A stretch of 64,000 nt of DNA from the IMG/VR virus record IMGVR_UViG_3300001525_000522, positions 1 to 64,000 of that record. One strand, written 5' to 3'. Shown one piece after another: positions 9,086 through 18,449 of this stretch. Position numbers and translations under genes: made by a program. Position 1 is the first letter of the stretch, and each line of letters starts with the position of its first letter. The notes under the pieces are model-generated. The model was not told the origin of the DNA, ran no database searches, and saw only the letters and a list, made by a program, of their open reading frames with translations. Origin of the DNA: a virus. Its lineage: Duplodnaviria > Caudoviricetes.

Positions 9086-9110
9086 ATATAGAAATAAAAT
9101 TTAATTTTAT

Positions 9111-9161
9111 AAAGAGCCGACAATAATCTATATAAAATAGTGTTAATTGGAGGCTCTTTTT
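9111..9161 (+). terminator. Long imperfect hairpin + T-run closing island 1; 3' arm contains the SD of the next gene
   Basis: AAAGAGCC 9111-9118 / GGCTCTTT 9152-9159, inner CAAT/ATTG and CTAT/ATAG pairs, T-run 9157-9161. Confidence 0.6.
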
Positions 9162-9162
9162 A

Positions 9163-12100
9163 ATGCCTAGATTTTTTGATAAAGAAGTTTTATCAGATGA
9201 CCAAATAGCTGAATCATGCGAATGTGAGAATGGCGGAGTATCTAATGAATATCTATATAATGATTATAGGAACAGAATGCCATTTCATTATATAGAAGAT
9301 GGAAAATCTGATGGATATTACTATTGGACATATGGTGCTACAATGGAGTTGAGCATTAGGTTATCTGATGCTTTGGCAGTTGGTGATGAATCTCCATGTG
9401 GTTGTGATATAGTAATAGATTCTGAGTTATCTGAAACCAGTAAAAATCCTGTTCAAAATAAGGCAGTTACCGCTGCTCTAAATGGTAAACTTGATAAGAA
9501 ATCAAATAAAACTATTTATGACCAAGCATATATCAAAGACTCAGAAGGAAATGATAAATTAGTTAATATTTCTACCGATCCTTCTAGTTCCGGAATACCT
9601 TCCTATGACTTGCATGGTCATTTATATGCTGAAAAAGCTGAGGCTCCTAAGCAAGCAGTAAATAAAGACCAATTAGATGAGGCAGTATCAACTTTACCAA
9701 CTAATAATGACCTCCATCTATTAGAAGCTAAGTTAAATGAGAATATTGCTAAAAATCCTAATTATACTTATATAGTAACTGATGCAACTAGTTTAGATTG
9801 GACTGCACCTACGCCAGGTATTCCATTAGATGTGGATTGGGGTGATGGAAATAGAACGTCTGTTACTACAAGAGAGGAAGCTGAGGAAAAGTTAACCCAT
9901 ACTTACACAGATGGAATTAAGTATCATTTACTTACGATTTATAAGTATGCAACTGATGCTGGATTTGGATATGTTGATACAAGTAGTTTTATAGAAGTTT
10001 ACATAGGAAAAAATGCAGATATTCAAAATTTTAATCTTAAACTTCCTAATGCTACTAAATTTATTATCCAGGAAGGTGTGACTAGCTGGGTACCGGTTAT
10101 AGGTACTTGGAAGGTAGATGAAGTTGTAATACCTGAGAGTGTTACTCTGATAAATAATGCGTGGGATCCTGCATGTACATGTAGATACATAATTAAGCAA
10201 ACAGATCCTACTAAAATAAAAATACAGGACTTTAAAGGTTTCACAATAGATAGTAAGCTAATTGTACCAAAAGAGTCTATAAATGCCTATAAAACAGCTA
10301 CAGCTGAAGAGTATCATATTGCATGGTCTACTTATGCAGATATAATGGCTTATGAGATAGACTCTTCAGATTTAGATGATATATACAATGAACTGGACAC
10401 TAAGCTAACTACTACTACTACTACTACTAATTATAAGCGTGCATATACTATAGAACCTAATGGTACTCAGTCTATCACTAACGTTGCTGAATCTGCATCT
10501 AAAAATAGTATTGCTTTACGTAAAGCATCTGGCGGATTATCTGTAGGAGATGCTACAATTGATGCTGAAGCAGTTAACTTAAAACAGTTAAATGCATTAG
10601 GTGCTACTAAATTAAATACTTCAGGTGGTACAATAACTGGAGACTTAGTAATAAATGGAGACTTAACAGTAAAAGGTACTGAGATACTTGAAAATGTAGA
10701 GAATCTCAATGTTAAGAATCCTATGATTTATGCTAATGCTGATAAAGCTACTCTATTAGAAAATGGTGGTTTAGGTATTAACATAAATGGTACTGATACT
10801 TATGGTATAGTATATAATCCTACTAATGATAGTGTTGAATTAGGTATAGGAAAATCTGATGCTAATGGTAAATTTACTTTCAATGATGGTGAGGGTAATC
10901 CTGTAGCAATCAGAGATACAGATAGTAAGCTGAATAATAATCATTTAATTGTATGGGATTCTACTAACAGGAAGTTCATAGATTCTACTAAACAAGTAAG
11001 TGATTTTGTAGACTTAGTTAATCCACAAACTATTGCTGGACTTAAAACATTTTCAGATGAGACTCACTTCTCAGGTAATACTGAGCATAGTGGAAATGTA
11101 AATATTACAGATGCTCATCTTAAGATATTAGATACAGCAAATGATTTAGTAACTCAGTACTATGCAGATAAAATAACTATAGAAAATGGTACTGGAGAAA
11201 CTGCTAAGACTTATAGTTTAACATTACCTAAAGATACTGGAGTACTTGCACTTAATAAATTCAAATATTCAGAGTTTACAAGTGATGATGAAAAAGATTA
11301 CTGGAATCTTACTGACCCTCTTAAGAGTATAGAAATTAAGTATCAAGATGAAAATTCTTATGCAAGTTTACTTGTAGAGAAAGATTATGTAGAGATGAGT
11401 GATGTTAGCTCTACTGGTTCAGGAAAAGTTAACATTGCTTCAGATACCATATTCCTTGCAACAGAAGATACTGAAGGTAAACATAAAATAGTTTCTATTA
11501 AACCTGAAAGTGTTGATATAGGTAATGGTGCAGAAGATTTATTACTTCAAATAGATTCTACTGGAGCTAAGTTCAGTAATAGACCTCAGGTAAAAACTAA
11601 TGGTACTTATACAAATGTTGCTTTAATGGATGACTTAAGTAACTATGTACCTGCTCAAAGTGAAGCTGATGGTTATTATTCTCAAGTAAGTAATGAAAAT
11701 GGTCAATTCTCTGTAAGAGTATTCCAAAATGGAGATGAAGATTTACAGAACTTAATCATAAATAAAGATGGAGTAACTGTATCAGGTAAGAAACTCGCTA
11801 CTGATACTGAGCTTAATGCACTTGAAGCAAAACTTAATGAAAATATAGTAAAAGATCCAAGTAAGACATATGTAGTTGTAAATGCTACGAGCCTTGACTT
11901 TTCAATTCTTGCCGATACGATTGAAGTAGACTGGGGTGATGGTACTACAGGAAGTCAAGTAAATGGTGGTAGTGCAATTAACATTGACCATACTTACACA
12001 GACGGCGTTAAGTATCATTTGGTAACAATTAAAAAACTTGAAGATAGGCAAGCAGGTTATGCATATGCTATTGGAGATAGTGGGTTCGAACTCTACATTG

Positions 12101-13275
12101 GTACAGGAACAGAGGATTTTATTACTGGAGGAAGTGGAGGTACAGAATATTATTCTAATTTAAGAAAGATAGTGTACGCTGAAGGTATTACCTCCTTGAC
12201 TTTACCTGCAATGGTTAAAGAACCTGTAGTAATTCCTAAAAGCTGTGCATCAGTAAAGATGGCTTATGTAGATGTCGCTGGCACTACAATACCTAAAATC
12301 ATTATACAAGATGATAAATTACTCACAGATACTGCTTTTTCTTCTGAGTTAAGGCATATTGGAAAAGTAGTGGTACCAAAAGAGTATGTAAATAGCTATA
12401 AGACTGCAAGTGGTTGGTCGACTTATGCAAGTAAGATTGTATATGAAGTAGATTCATCTGATATTCCAGATGTAAGTAACTTTGTAAATCTTACAGAGAA
12501 TCAGCAGATAGGTGGTAGTAAAACCTTTACAAATACGGCAACATTCCAAAAACCTCTCTGGATAGAGGATGTTCCAGGTGCACAGAGTTATGTCGGTATG
12601 TATTATTATAACAAAATTGAAATACAAGACATTACTGAATTAACTAAAAAGACTTTCTTGTTTCCTGATAATAGTGGTACCTTAGCTCTTACTGCAGATT
12701 TACCTGATATGACTAAAGTAGTAACTACTGATAAAGTGACTACCTATGATTTCGTAGCTGGAGCACGATTAAAACTTACTGAAAAAACTGGAGTATCTGG
12801 ATCCTTAATTGATGTAGATGTAAAAGATTCTACCAGTTATGCATTATCAGTTGAGAATAGTACAAATCCTGTTTATTTTACCCGATATGGACTTAACCAA
12901 ATAAAATTCCAAAGATTCGGTAATAGTACAACTCTCCAATATTCAGCAAGTAGTGATATTACTAATGAATATGTATTAGAAATACCTGCAGCTAATGGTA
13001 CTTTAGCACTCCAAGCAGATGTTGATGAAAAAGTAGATAAATTATCCTCATCATTAGTAAATCAAGCATATGTAAGAAATGGTAATGGAGAAGATACAGG
13101 ACTTGCATATACTTATACTGCAGAAGGTAATACATTAGGATTAAGAAATGCAAGTGGACAATTACAAGTAGAAGACCCATTAACTGATAAAGATGCAGTA
13201 AATAAATTATTTATGGAAACTGCTATTAAAGCAACTAGGATTGCTCATATAAGTAACTCCTTGTTAGGAGGTTAA
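9163..13275 (+). CDS. Large modular tail fibre/adhesin with duplicated PKD-like + LRR-like module
   Basis: 1370 aa; repeated LEAKLNEN...VDWGDG...HTYTDG.KYHL; DAVN..QL-type neck motifs; located among fibre genes. Confidence 0.7.
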   Translation: MPRFFDKEVLSDDQIAESCECENGGVSNEYLYNDYRNRMPFHYIEDGKSDGYYYWTYGATMELSIRLSDALAVGDESPCGCDIVIDSELSETSKNPVQNKAVTAALNGKLDKKSNKTIYDQAYIKDSEGNDKLVNISTDPSSSGIPSYDLHGHLYAEKAEAPKQAVNKDQLDEAVSTLPTNNDLHLLEAKLNENIAKNPNYTYIVTDATSLDWTAPTPGIPLDVDWGDGNRTSVTTREEAEEKLTHTYTDGIKYHLLTIYKYATDAGFGYVDTSSFIEVYIGKNADIQNFNLKLPNATKFIIQEGVTSWVPVIGTWKVDEVVIPESVTLINNAWDPACTCRYIIKQTDPTKIKIQDFKGFTIDSKLIVPKESINAYKTATAEEYHIAWSTYADIMAYEIDSSDLDDIYNELDTKLTTTTTTTNYKRAYTIEPNGTQSITNVAESASKNSIALRKASGGLSVGDATIDAEAVNLKQLNALGATKLNTSGGTITGDLVINGDLTVKGTEILENVENLNVKNPMIYANADKATLLENGGLGININGTDTYGIVYNPTNDSVELGIGKSDANGKFTFNDGEGNPVAIRDTDSKLNNNHLIVWDSTNRKFIDSTKQVSDFVDLVNPQTIAGLKTFSDETHFSGNTEHSGNVNITDAHLKILDTANDLVTQYYADKITIENGTGETAKTYSLTLPKDTGVLALNKFKYSEFTSDDEKDYWNLTDPLKSIEIKYQDENSYASLLVEKDYVEMSDVSSTGSGKVNIASDTIFLATEDTEGKHKIVSIKPESVDIGNGAEDLLLQIDSTGAKFSNRPQVKTNGTYTNVALMDDLSNYVPAQSEADGYYSQVSNENGQFSVRVFQNGDEDLQNLIINKDGVTVSGKKLATDTELNALEAKLNENIVKDPSKTYVVVNATSLDFSILADTIEVDWGDGTTGSQVNGGSAINIDHTYTDGVKYHLVTIKKLEDRQAGYAYAIGDSGFELYIGTGTEDFITGGSGGTEYYSNLRKIVYAEGITSLTLPAMVKEPVVIPKSCASVKMAYVDVAGTTIPKIIIQDDKLLTDTAFSSELRHIGKVVVPKEYVNSYKTASGWSTYASKIVYEVDSSDIPDVSNFVNLTENQQIGGSKTFTNTATFQKPLWIEDVPGAQSYVGMYYYNKIEIQDITELTKKTFLFPDNSGTLALTADLPDMTKVVTTDKVTTYDFVAGARLKLTEKTGVSGSLIDVDVKDSTSYALSVENSTNPVYFTRYGLNQIKFQRFGNSTTLQYSASSDITNEYVLEIPAANGTLALQADVDEKVDKLSSSLVNQAYVRNGNGEDTGLAYTYTAEGNTLGLRNASGQLQVEDPLTDKDAVNKLFMETAIKATRIAHISNSLLGG

Positions 13276-13280
13276 TAAAA

Positions 13281-15557
13281 ATGATATATAGAAAAGCTAT
13301 TAAGGTTAGTGATATTTGTCAGTTAATGGATAAGAGTAAATATCCTGCAACTCACACTCAGTTAGGTTGTACTTTTACTAACAACGATGATGGTAGTTTT
13401 ACTGTAAATGGAACTATTGCGACAGGAGGTAGTTGGTCAGATTCATTACAACATATTACTCAAAATTTATACAACCATAAAGTTCTACTGTTTGTAAATT
13501 CTACTTCTGATATAGTTCGTGGTGAGATGAAATTTATTCTGCAAGACGGTTCATCGAAGTGGGGTGCTTATAATTCTATATATACCGTGCAGTATGACAA
13601 TTACCGTTATATAAGCATCAGAATTTATATGGACGGAGTTGATGCAGGTAAAACTATTGATAACGTTATGGTAACTCTGCAGTTCTTCGATTTAACCGAA
13701 ATGTATGGTCAAGGTAATGAACCTACTACGGTAGAGGAGTTTAAGAATAGGTGGTATAAAAATCTTTGCGATTGGAGTAGATTGCTTGAATTACCATTAG
13801 ATAGTTCACACGCTAATGTAGGATTTTATCAGGTAGTCGTGAGCGTAGAACCTAATACCGCTTATACATTAAGTCGTGCTACTGGTGATGTAGTTACGAT
13901 ACCTAATAGAGTATGTTATTTAGGTATGGATAATGAGGATAAAAACGCTCATGCATCGAACTGCTGGTTAAACCATAATGCCATACCGTCATATTGTAGA
14001 AAATCAATTACACTTACAAGTGATTCAGATGGTAAGTTGTGGATATTCTTTTCACGTTCAGTTTATGATGTTTATGAAGCAGGTGAGAATATATTTGGTT
14101 ATTTACAACTTGAAAAAGGTACTACAGCTACAAGTTATGTACCCTATACTCCAAACCCTGCACCTTATAGACCTTATTGCTTTATCGATAGTCGTAAAAA
14201 GACTGTTAAGGTTAGTGATTATTTACAGTTGCTTGATAAGAGTAAATATCCTGCTACCGTTACTCGTGATGGAATAACGTTTACTAATAATGGAGACGGA
14301 ACAATTGTAGTAAACGGTACAAATACTGGGAGTAAAGGTAATAAGTATGCATTACAAACTGTTAATCTGATAGGTGGTCATAAGTATTATATAAATTCAG
14401 GTTCAGGACAGGTAGGTGCTTGGGGTACAATACTTTTGACGATAAATAACAGTACTGGTGGTACTTCTTATCATCAAGATGGTAACTTATTTACTCAATC
14501 TACTTCGCTTACTGATGCAGTAACATATTTTTATGTAGGTGAAAATGCTGTAATTGATAATATTACATTTAAACCTCAACTCTTTGACCTAACCGAAATG
14601 TATGGAAGTGGTAATGAACCGAGTAGTGTGGAAGAGTTTAAGACAAAATTTTCTAACGACTATTATGCTTATACTCCATATAGTTCAATATATAGTCTAG
14701 TTTCTACAGTTAAAGTAAGTGACTACTGTCAATTCTTTGATAAAAGTTATCCTGCCGATGTTACTCGTGATGGAATAACATTTACTAATAATGGTGATGG
14801 AAGTGTTACAATAAACGGCACAACAACTACTACAGTTTTTAGTAAAGAAGTCTGCAGATTTAATATAATAAAAGGTCATAAATATTATGTATCAGGAGTT
14901 AATGATACAGCTGCTACTACTTATAGATTAAGAATTTTTAATTGTACTCCTGCAGATTGTTATAAGCCTTCGATTATTACTGCAAATATGAGTATTGAAA
15001 CTGGAGCGTATTTGCAGGTTTCTGCAAATAGAACTGTTGATAATGTTGTGGTAACTCCGCAGTTCTTTGACCTAACCGAAATGTACGGAGCAGGAAATGA
15101 ACCAAACACTGTTGATGAGTTTACTAATAGGTGGTATAAGAATTTATTTGATATAAGTAAAGTTCTGAATGAAACTGGCAGAAAAGTTGACGGCAAAAAT
15201 ATAACTGTTACTATTTATGGTGCAAGTATGGGTTTATTGAAAGATATATGCCCTTCAATAAAAGCAGGCGATACAGTAACAATTTCATTTAAACTTAAAT
15301 CCTATACAAGTGAAATAACTAAACCTAATTTCTTGCGAGTGCAGAATACGATACTTAACTTTTCTAATCTAACTTTTACTGTTACAGAAGAAGGTCTTAA
15401 TCAACCTCTTTACTTGTATAAGTCAAATTTTTATCAACGAGAAAAAGATTGTCGAGCTGTTTATACAGATTTTCAAATAGAGATAGGTAGTACTGCAACT
15501 GATTATGTATCGTATGTACCTAATCCAGCTCCATATAAACCTCATGTCTTCATATAA
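13281..15557 (+). CDS. Repeat-built tail-associated / receptor-binding protein
   Basis: 3x (DK..YP..T..G.TFTNN.DG...NGT ... FFDLTEMYG.GNEP) and 2x (Q.E.G.TAT.YV.Y.PNPAPY). Confidence 0.7.
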   Translation: MIYRKAIKVSDICQLMDKSKYPATHTQLGCTFTNNDDGSFTVNGTIATGGSWSDSLQHITQNLYNHKVLLFVNSTSDIVRGEMKFILQDGSSKWGAYNSIYTVQYDNYRYISIRIYMDGVDAGKTIDNVMVTLQFFDLTEMYGQGNEPTTVEEFKNRWYKNLCDWSRLLELPLDSSHANVGFYQVVVSVEPNTAYTLSRATGDVVTIPNRVCYLGMDNEDKNAHASNCWLNHNAIPSYCRKSITLTSDSDGKLWIFFSRSVYDVYEAGENIFGYLQLEKGTTATSYVPYTPNPAPYRPYCFIDSRKKTVKVSDYLQLLDKSKYPATVTRDGITFTNNGDGTIVVNGTNTGSKGNKYALQTVNLIGGHKYYINSGSGQVGAWGTILLTINNSTGGTSYHQDGNLFTQSTSLTDAVTYFYVGENAVIDNITFKPQLFDLTEMYGSGNEPSSVEEFKTKFSNDYYAYTPYSSIYSLVSTVKVSDYCQFFDKSYPADVTRDGITFTNNGDGSVTINGTTTTTVFSKEVCRFNIIKGHKYYVSGVNDTAATTYRLRIFNCTPADCYKPSIITANMSIETGAYLQVSANRTVDNVVVTPQFFDLTEMYGAGNEPNTVDEFTNRWYKNLFDISKVLNETGRKVDGKNITVTIYGASMGLLKDICPSIKAGDTVTISFKLKSYTSEITKPNFLRVQNTILNFSNLTFTVTEEGLNQPLYLYKSNFYQREKDCRAVYTDFQIEIGSTATDYVSYVPNPAPYKPHVFI

Positions 15558-15588
15558 TAAATATAAGGAGGAACTAAAATAATCCTTT

Positions 15589-16665
15589 ATGTCAATAACA
15601 TACACAGATCAAGAATTAAGTAATGAAAATTATGTAACTAGAGACGAATTCAATACAATGGAAAAGACATCAGTCCCATTAGGTACTCAGTTCGGAATAG
15701 TAGATCTCATCCAAGAAGAGGATGTTAGTAGTGATATTAAAAATAAATTAGCTTTAGCATCTAATGCATTACCTAAGCCTACTAATGATAGTTCAGGTAC
15801 AGTAGGTCAATTCCTTAAAAAGACTGCTGCAGGTAGTTCTGAATGGAGTGATGTCCAAGAGTATTTAGAATTATCTGATGCTAGCGGTACTCTTACTGAT
15901 GAACAATATAATAAAGTAACTACAAATGATACTTTAATTATAAGAAGGTCTTCAGTAGAATATAGGTTACAAAGTAAACCATTAGATGGCTCAGGTAATT
16001 ATAACTATATAAGTACTTATTATGCTACTGGAGATGCTGCTGAGTTTGCTGCATATATTATAGTGGTTAAGACTGATAAAACATGGTCTTGGACTACTAA
16101 GTCATTCTCAAGTGCTCAAGCAAGTGCATTAAGTATAACTCCTGTAAATGCTACTCAAGGTACTTTCACAACTGAACAATATGATAAGTTGATGAATACT
16201 GGATGCTGCATAGAATTAAATGGTGAATATTATAGGCTATCTGATAATGGAAATACTCCAGGAATGATAAGTTATAGCCATCAAGGTTGGAATGGAAGTG
16301 CAATTCAAGATAAAAGCATTAACATAACAATCTCTACTAAGTCCTGGGTGTTAGTTGTAGGAAAAACTTATAGACATTATATTAGATTACAAACTAGTAC
16401 CGCAGTAATATATTATGACTTTTCATCTTCAGTATCTACTCCATATACTACAGCATCATTACCCGTAATGCCTGATAACGCAATGACTACATTAGTAGTT
16501 CTAATAAATGGAATATATTCAAATGTTAGTGGACTTGTATATAGGTCTACAGATGGTACGTTAAAAGTAATAGCTCACGGCATGTATTCTAATGATGGTA
16601 CTACGGTAGGTTATTTAAATATAACTGGTGAAGAAGTAACTGTTCAGGAAGATATAGTTGACTAA
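15589..16665 (+). CDS. Tail fibre-like protein
   Basis: GTVGQFLKKT fibre motif; internal repeat GT.T.EQY.K...EY.RL. Confidence 0.6.
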   Translation: MSITYTDQELSNENYVTRDEFNTMEKTSVPLGTQFGIVDLIQEEDVSSDIKNKLALASNALPKPTNDSSGTVGQFLKKTAAGSSEWSDVQEYLELSDASGTLTDEQYNKVTTNDTLIIRRSSVEYRLQSKPLDGSGNYNYISTYYATGDAAEFAAYIIVVKTDKTWSWTTKSFSSAQASALSITPVNATQGTFTTEQYDKLMNTGCCIELNGEYYRLSDNGNTPGMISYSHQGWNGSAIQDKSINITISTKSWVLVVGKTYRHYIRLQTSTAVIYYDFSSSVSTPYTTASLPVMPDNAMTTLVVLINGIYSNVSGLVYRSTDGTLKVIAHGMYSNDGTTVGYLNITGEEVTVQEDIVD

Positions 16666-16720
16666 CTTATAGAAATAAAAATAAAACAAATATAAATATA
16701 TAAAATAGGAGAATTTAATT

Positions 16721-17077
16721 ATGGGATTAAAAACAACTAACTATGTAAGTAAAAAACTTGGTATTACCTTACCTAATGCTTATGCACTTGTAACAGAGCT
16801 TAAGATGTCTGGTGGTTATGGTACTGCTGAATTTTCTATTCAGACTTCTAGAGATGCAGCTATAAATCTTCCTGCTATTGAAAAAGTAAAAATAGACTTT
16901 GCAGTAAATAGAAATGAATCCTTGATGAAAACTGCTTATAAGAAAGCTACTGAAAAGTATGTTAGTAAACACATAGATCCTGCTACCGGAGAAGAAGTTA
17001 CTACTGAAACTGGTATGTTCTTTAAAGATTGGACTGACGATTTAGTAGATACTACTGCAGTTAAAGAGGTACTGTAA
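16721..17077 (+). CDS. Small fibre-associated protein (assembly chaperone-like)
   Basis: 118 aa after fibre gene, SD aggag. Confidence 0.5.
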   Translation: MGLKTTNYVSKKLGITLPNAYALVTELKMSGGYGTAEFSIQTSRDAAINLPAIEKVKIDFAVNRNESLMKTAYKKATEKYVSKHIDPATGEEVTTETGMFFKDWTDDLVDTTAVKEVL

Positions 17078-17412
17078 TGTCAGATGTTGTAGTTAAAAAT
17101 AGCTACATTCCTATAGTTGATTTTTTAAAGGGTTCAAAGACCAAATATTTGAAATTTGTAATGCAAAATTTTAGAGGAGAAGAAATAAATACCCAGATTA
17201 TAAAGGCTGAGGATTTAGATTATTCTGGAGATTGTGTTACTGCCAAATATAAGGTAACTGATGAGCTTTCAGCTATAATGGTTCCTGAGCAATATAGATT
17301 ATTTATCTATCTGATTGATGAAGAACCAACTGACCCAGAAAGCTCCTCTGAACCTACCATAATTTATAATAAATGTCTTACTGAAAATGGTATTCAAATA
17401 AGGGTGAAGTAA
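17077..17412 (+). CDS. Hypothetical structural-module protein
   Basis: TAATG coupling. Confidence 0.6.
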   Translation: MSDVVVKNSYIPIVDFLKGSKTKYLKFVMQNFRGEEINTQIIKAEDLDYSGDCVTAKYKVTDELSAIMVPEQYRLFIYLIDEEPTDPESSSEPTIIYNKCLTENGIQIRVK

Positions 17413-17595
17413 ATGGCAGATATAGATGTTAAGGTAAAAATGGCTGCCTATGAAAAAGGCATTCTTCCTCAAAAATTGAGCCAATTAGAAAATGACGTGC
17501 CTTATGTTACAGAAGACTGGGTCAGAGAGAATTTTCAATTAAAGGGCGGTAATGGCCTTAAAATAGATTGTGGCAATATATTAAATCGCAAATAA
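17413..17595 (+). CDS. Small hypothetical structural-module protein
   Basis: 60 aa abutting upstream stop; KLSQLENDV.Y motif common in fibre proteins. Confidence 0.5.
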   Translation: MADIDVKVKMAAYEKGILPQKLSQLENDVPYVTEDWVRENFQLKGGNGLKIDCGNILNRK

Positions 17596-17621
17596 TATTC
17601 TCCATAAAGTGAGGTAATTGC

Positions 17622-18437
17622 ATGGAAGTAATAAATTTAAAAGAATCTGAAAAGAAGCAGGATTCTATAGTAGAGAAAAAAGAGCCTGCTGAAATAGTAG
17701 AGAAACCTGTAGAAGATGTACCTGTGATGACTAAGATGGCTGGTGTAGCTGTAGGCAAAATACAGAAGAACTTGATAGAACAGGCTCAAGAAAATACAGA
17801 TTTTAAAGAAGGCGGTAAAAACATTGCACATATCATGATGACTGCTGAAGCCATGAATGATGCAAATGAGGATAACCAAGCTTTCTTAAAAGACATAAAA
17901 GAAGAAAAGCAGAAGGAATTAAAACAGTCTTTCTTAAGTGAAAGGTTTAAAGAAGAGGCAAAAAAGTATGCTGCAAAACAGCAGAAGGCAGAAGCTTTTT
18001 ATACCAATGTTCGTCCAATATTGGAATTTGATTTTAGCCCTTTAATACCTAAGAATGCCAAAACTTCTTTATGGAAAAGAAAACCTAAATATGACAAGAG
18101 AGGCAATGTTATAAATGATGGCCAAGAAAATAAATCTTCTGAGCCTGTTGTAGAAGAGAAGAAGCCTACTTATCAAGATCGTTCTTATGGTATTCCTCTT
18201 ATGATTCTCATGCTATTCTTATTGACTATTCCATATTGCCTGATAACAATTGTTTTGGCAATAGGCAATGGCATAAATGCTATTTTCAATGGAATTGCTA
18301 GATTTGGTAAGCCTGCTTTGATAATCTGTGGTTCTATAGTAGGAATAGCTATATGTCTATTAGCTGTTTATAGCATGCTTAAAGGAGTAGATTTATTGTT
18401 CGGTACAGGCATACTGAATTCAATACTTAAAAAATAA
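17622..18437 (+). CDS. Membrane protein, charged N-terminus and 2-3 C-terminal TM segments
   Basis: GIPLMILMLFLLTIPYCLITIVLAIG... and PALIICGSIVGIAICLLAVY... Confidence 0.7.
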   Translation: MEVINLKESEKKQDSIVEKKEPAEIVEKPVEDVPVMTKMAGVAVGKIQKNLIEQAQENTDFKEGGKNIAHIMMTAEAMNDANEDNQAFLKDIKEEKQKELKQSFLSERFKEEAKKYAAKQQKAEAFYTNVRPILEFDFSPLIPKNAKTSLWKRKPKYDKRGNVINDGQENKSSEPVVEEKKPTYQDRSYGIPLMILMLFLLTIPYCLITIVLAIGNGINAIFNGIARFGKPALIICGSIVGIAICLLAVYSMLKGVDLLFGTGILNSILKK

Positions 18438-18449
18438 AGGAGCCTTAAA

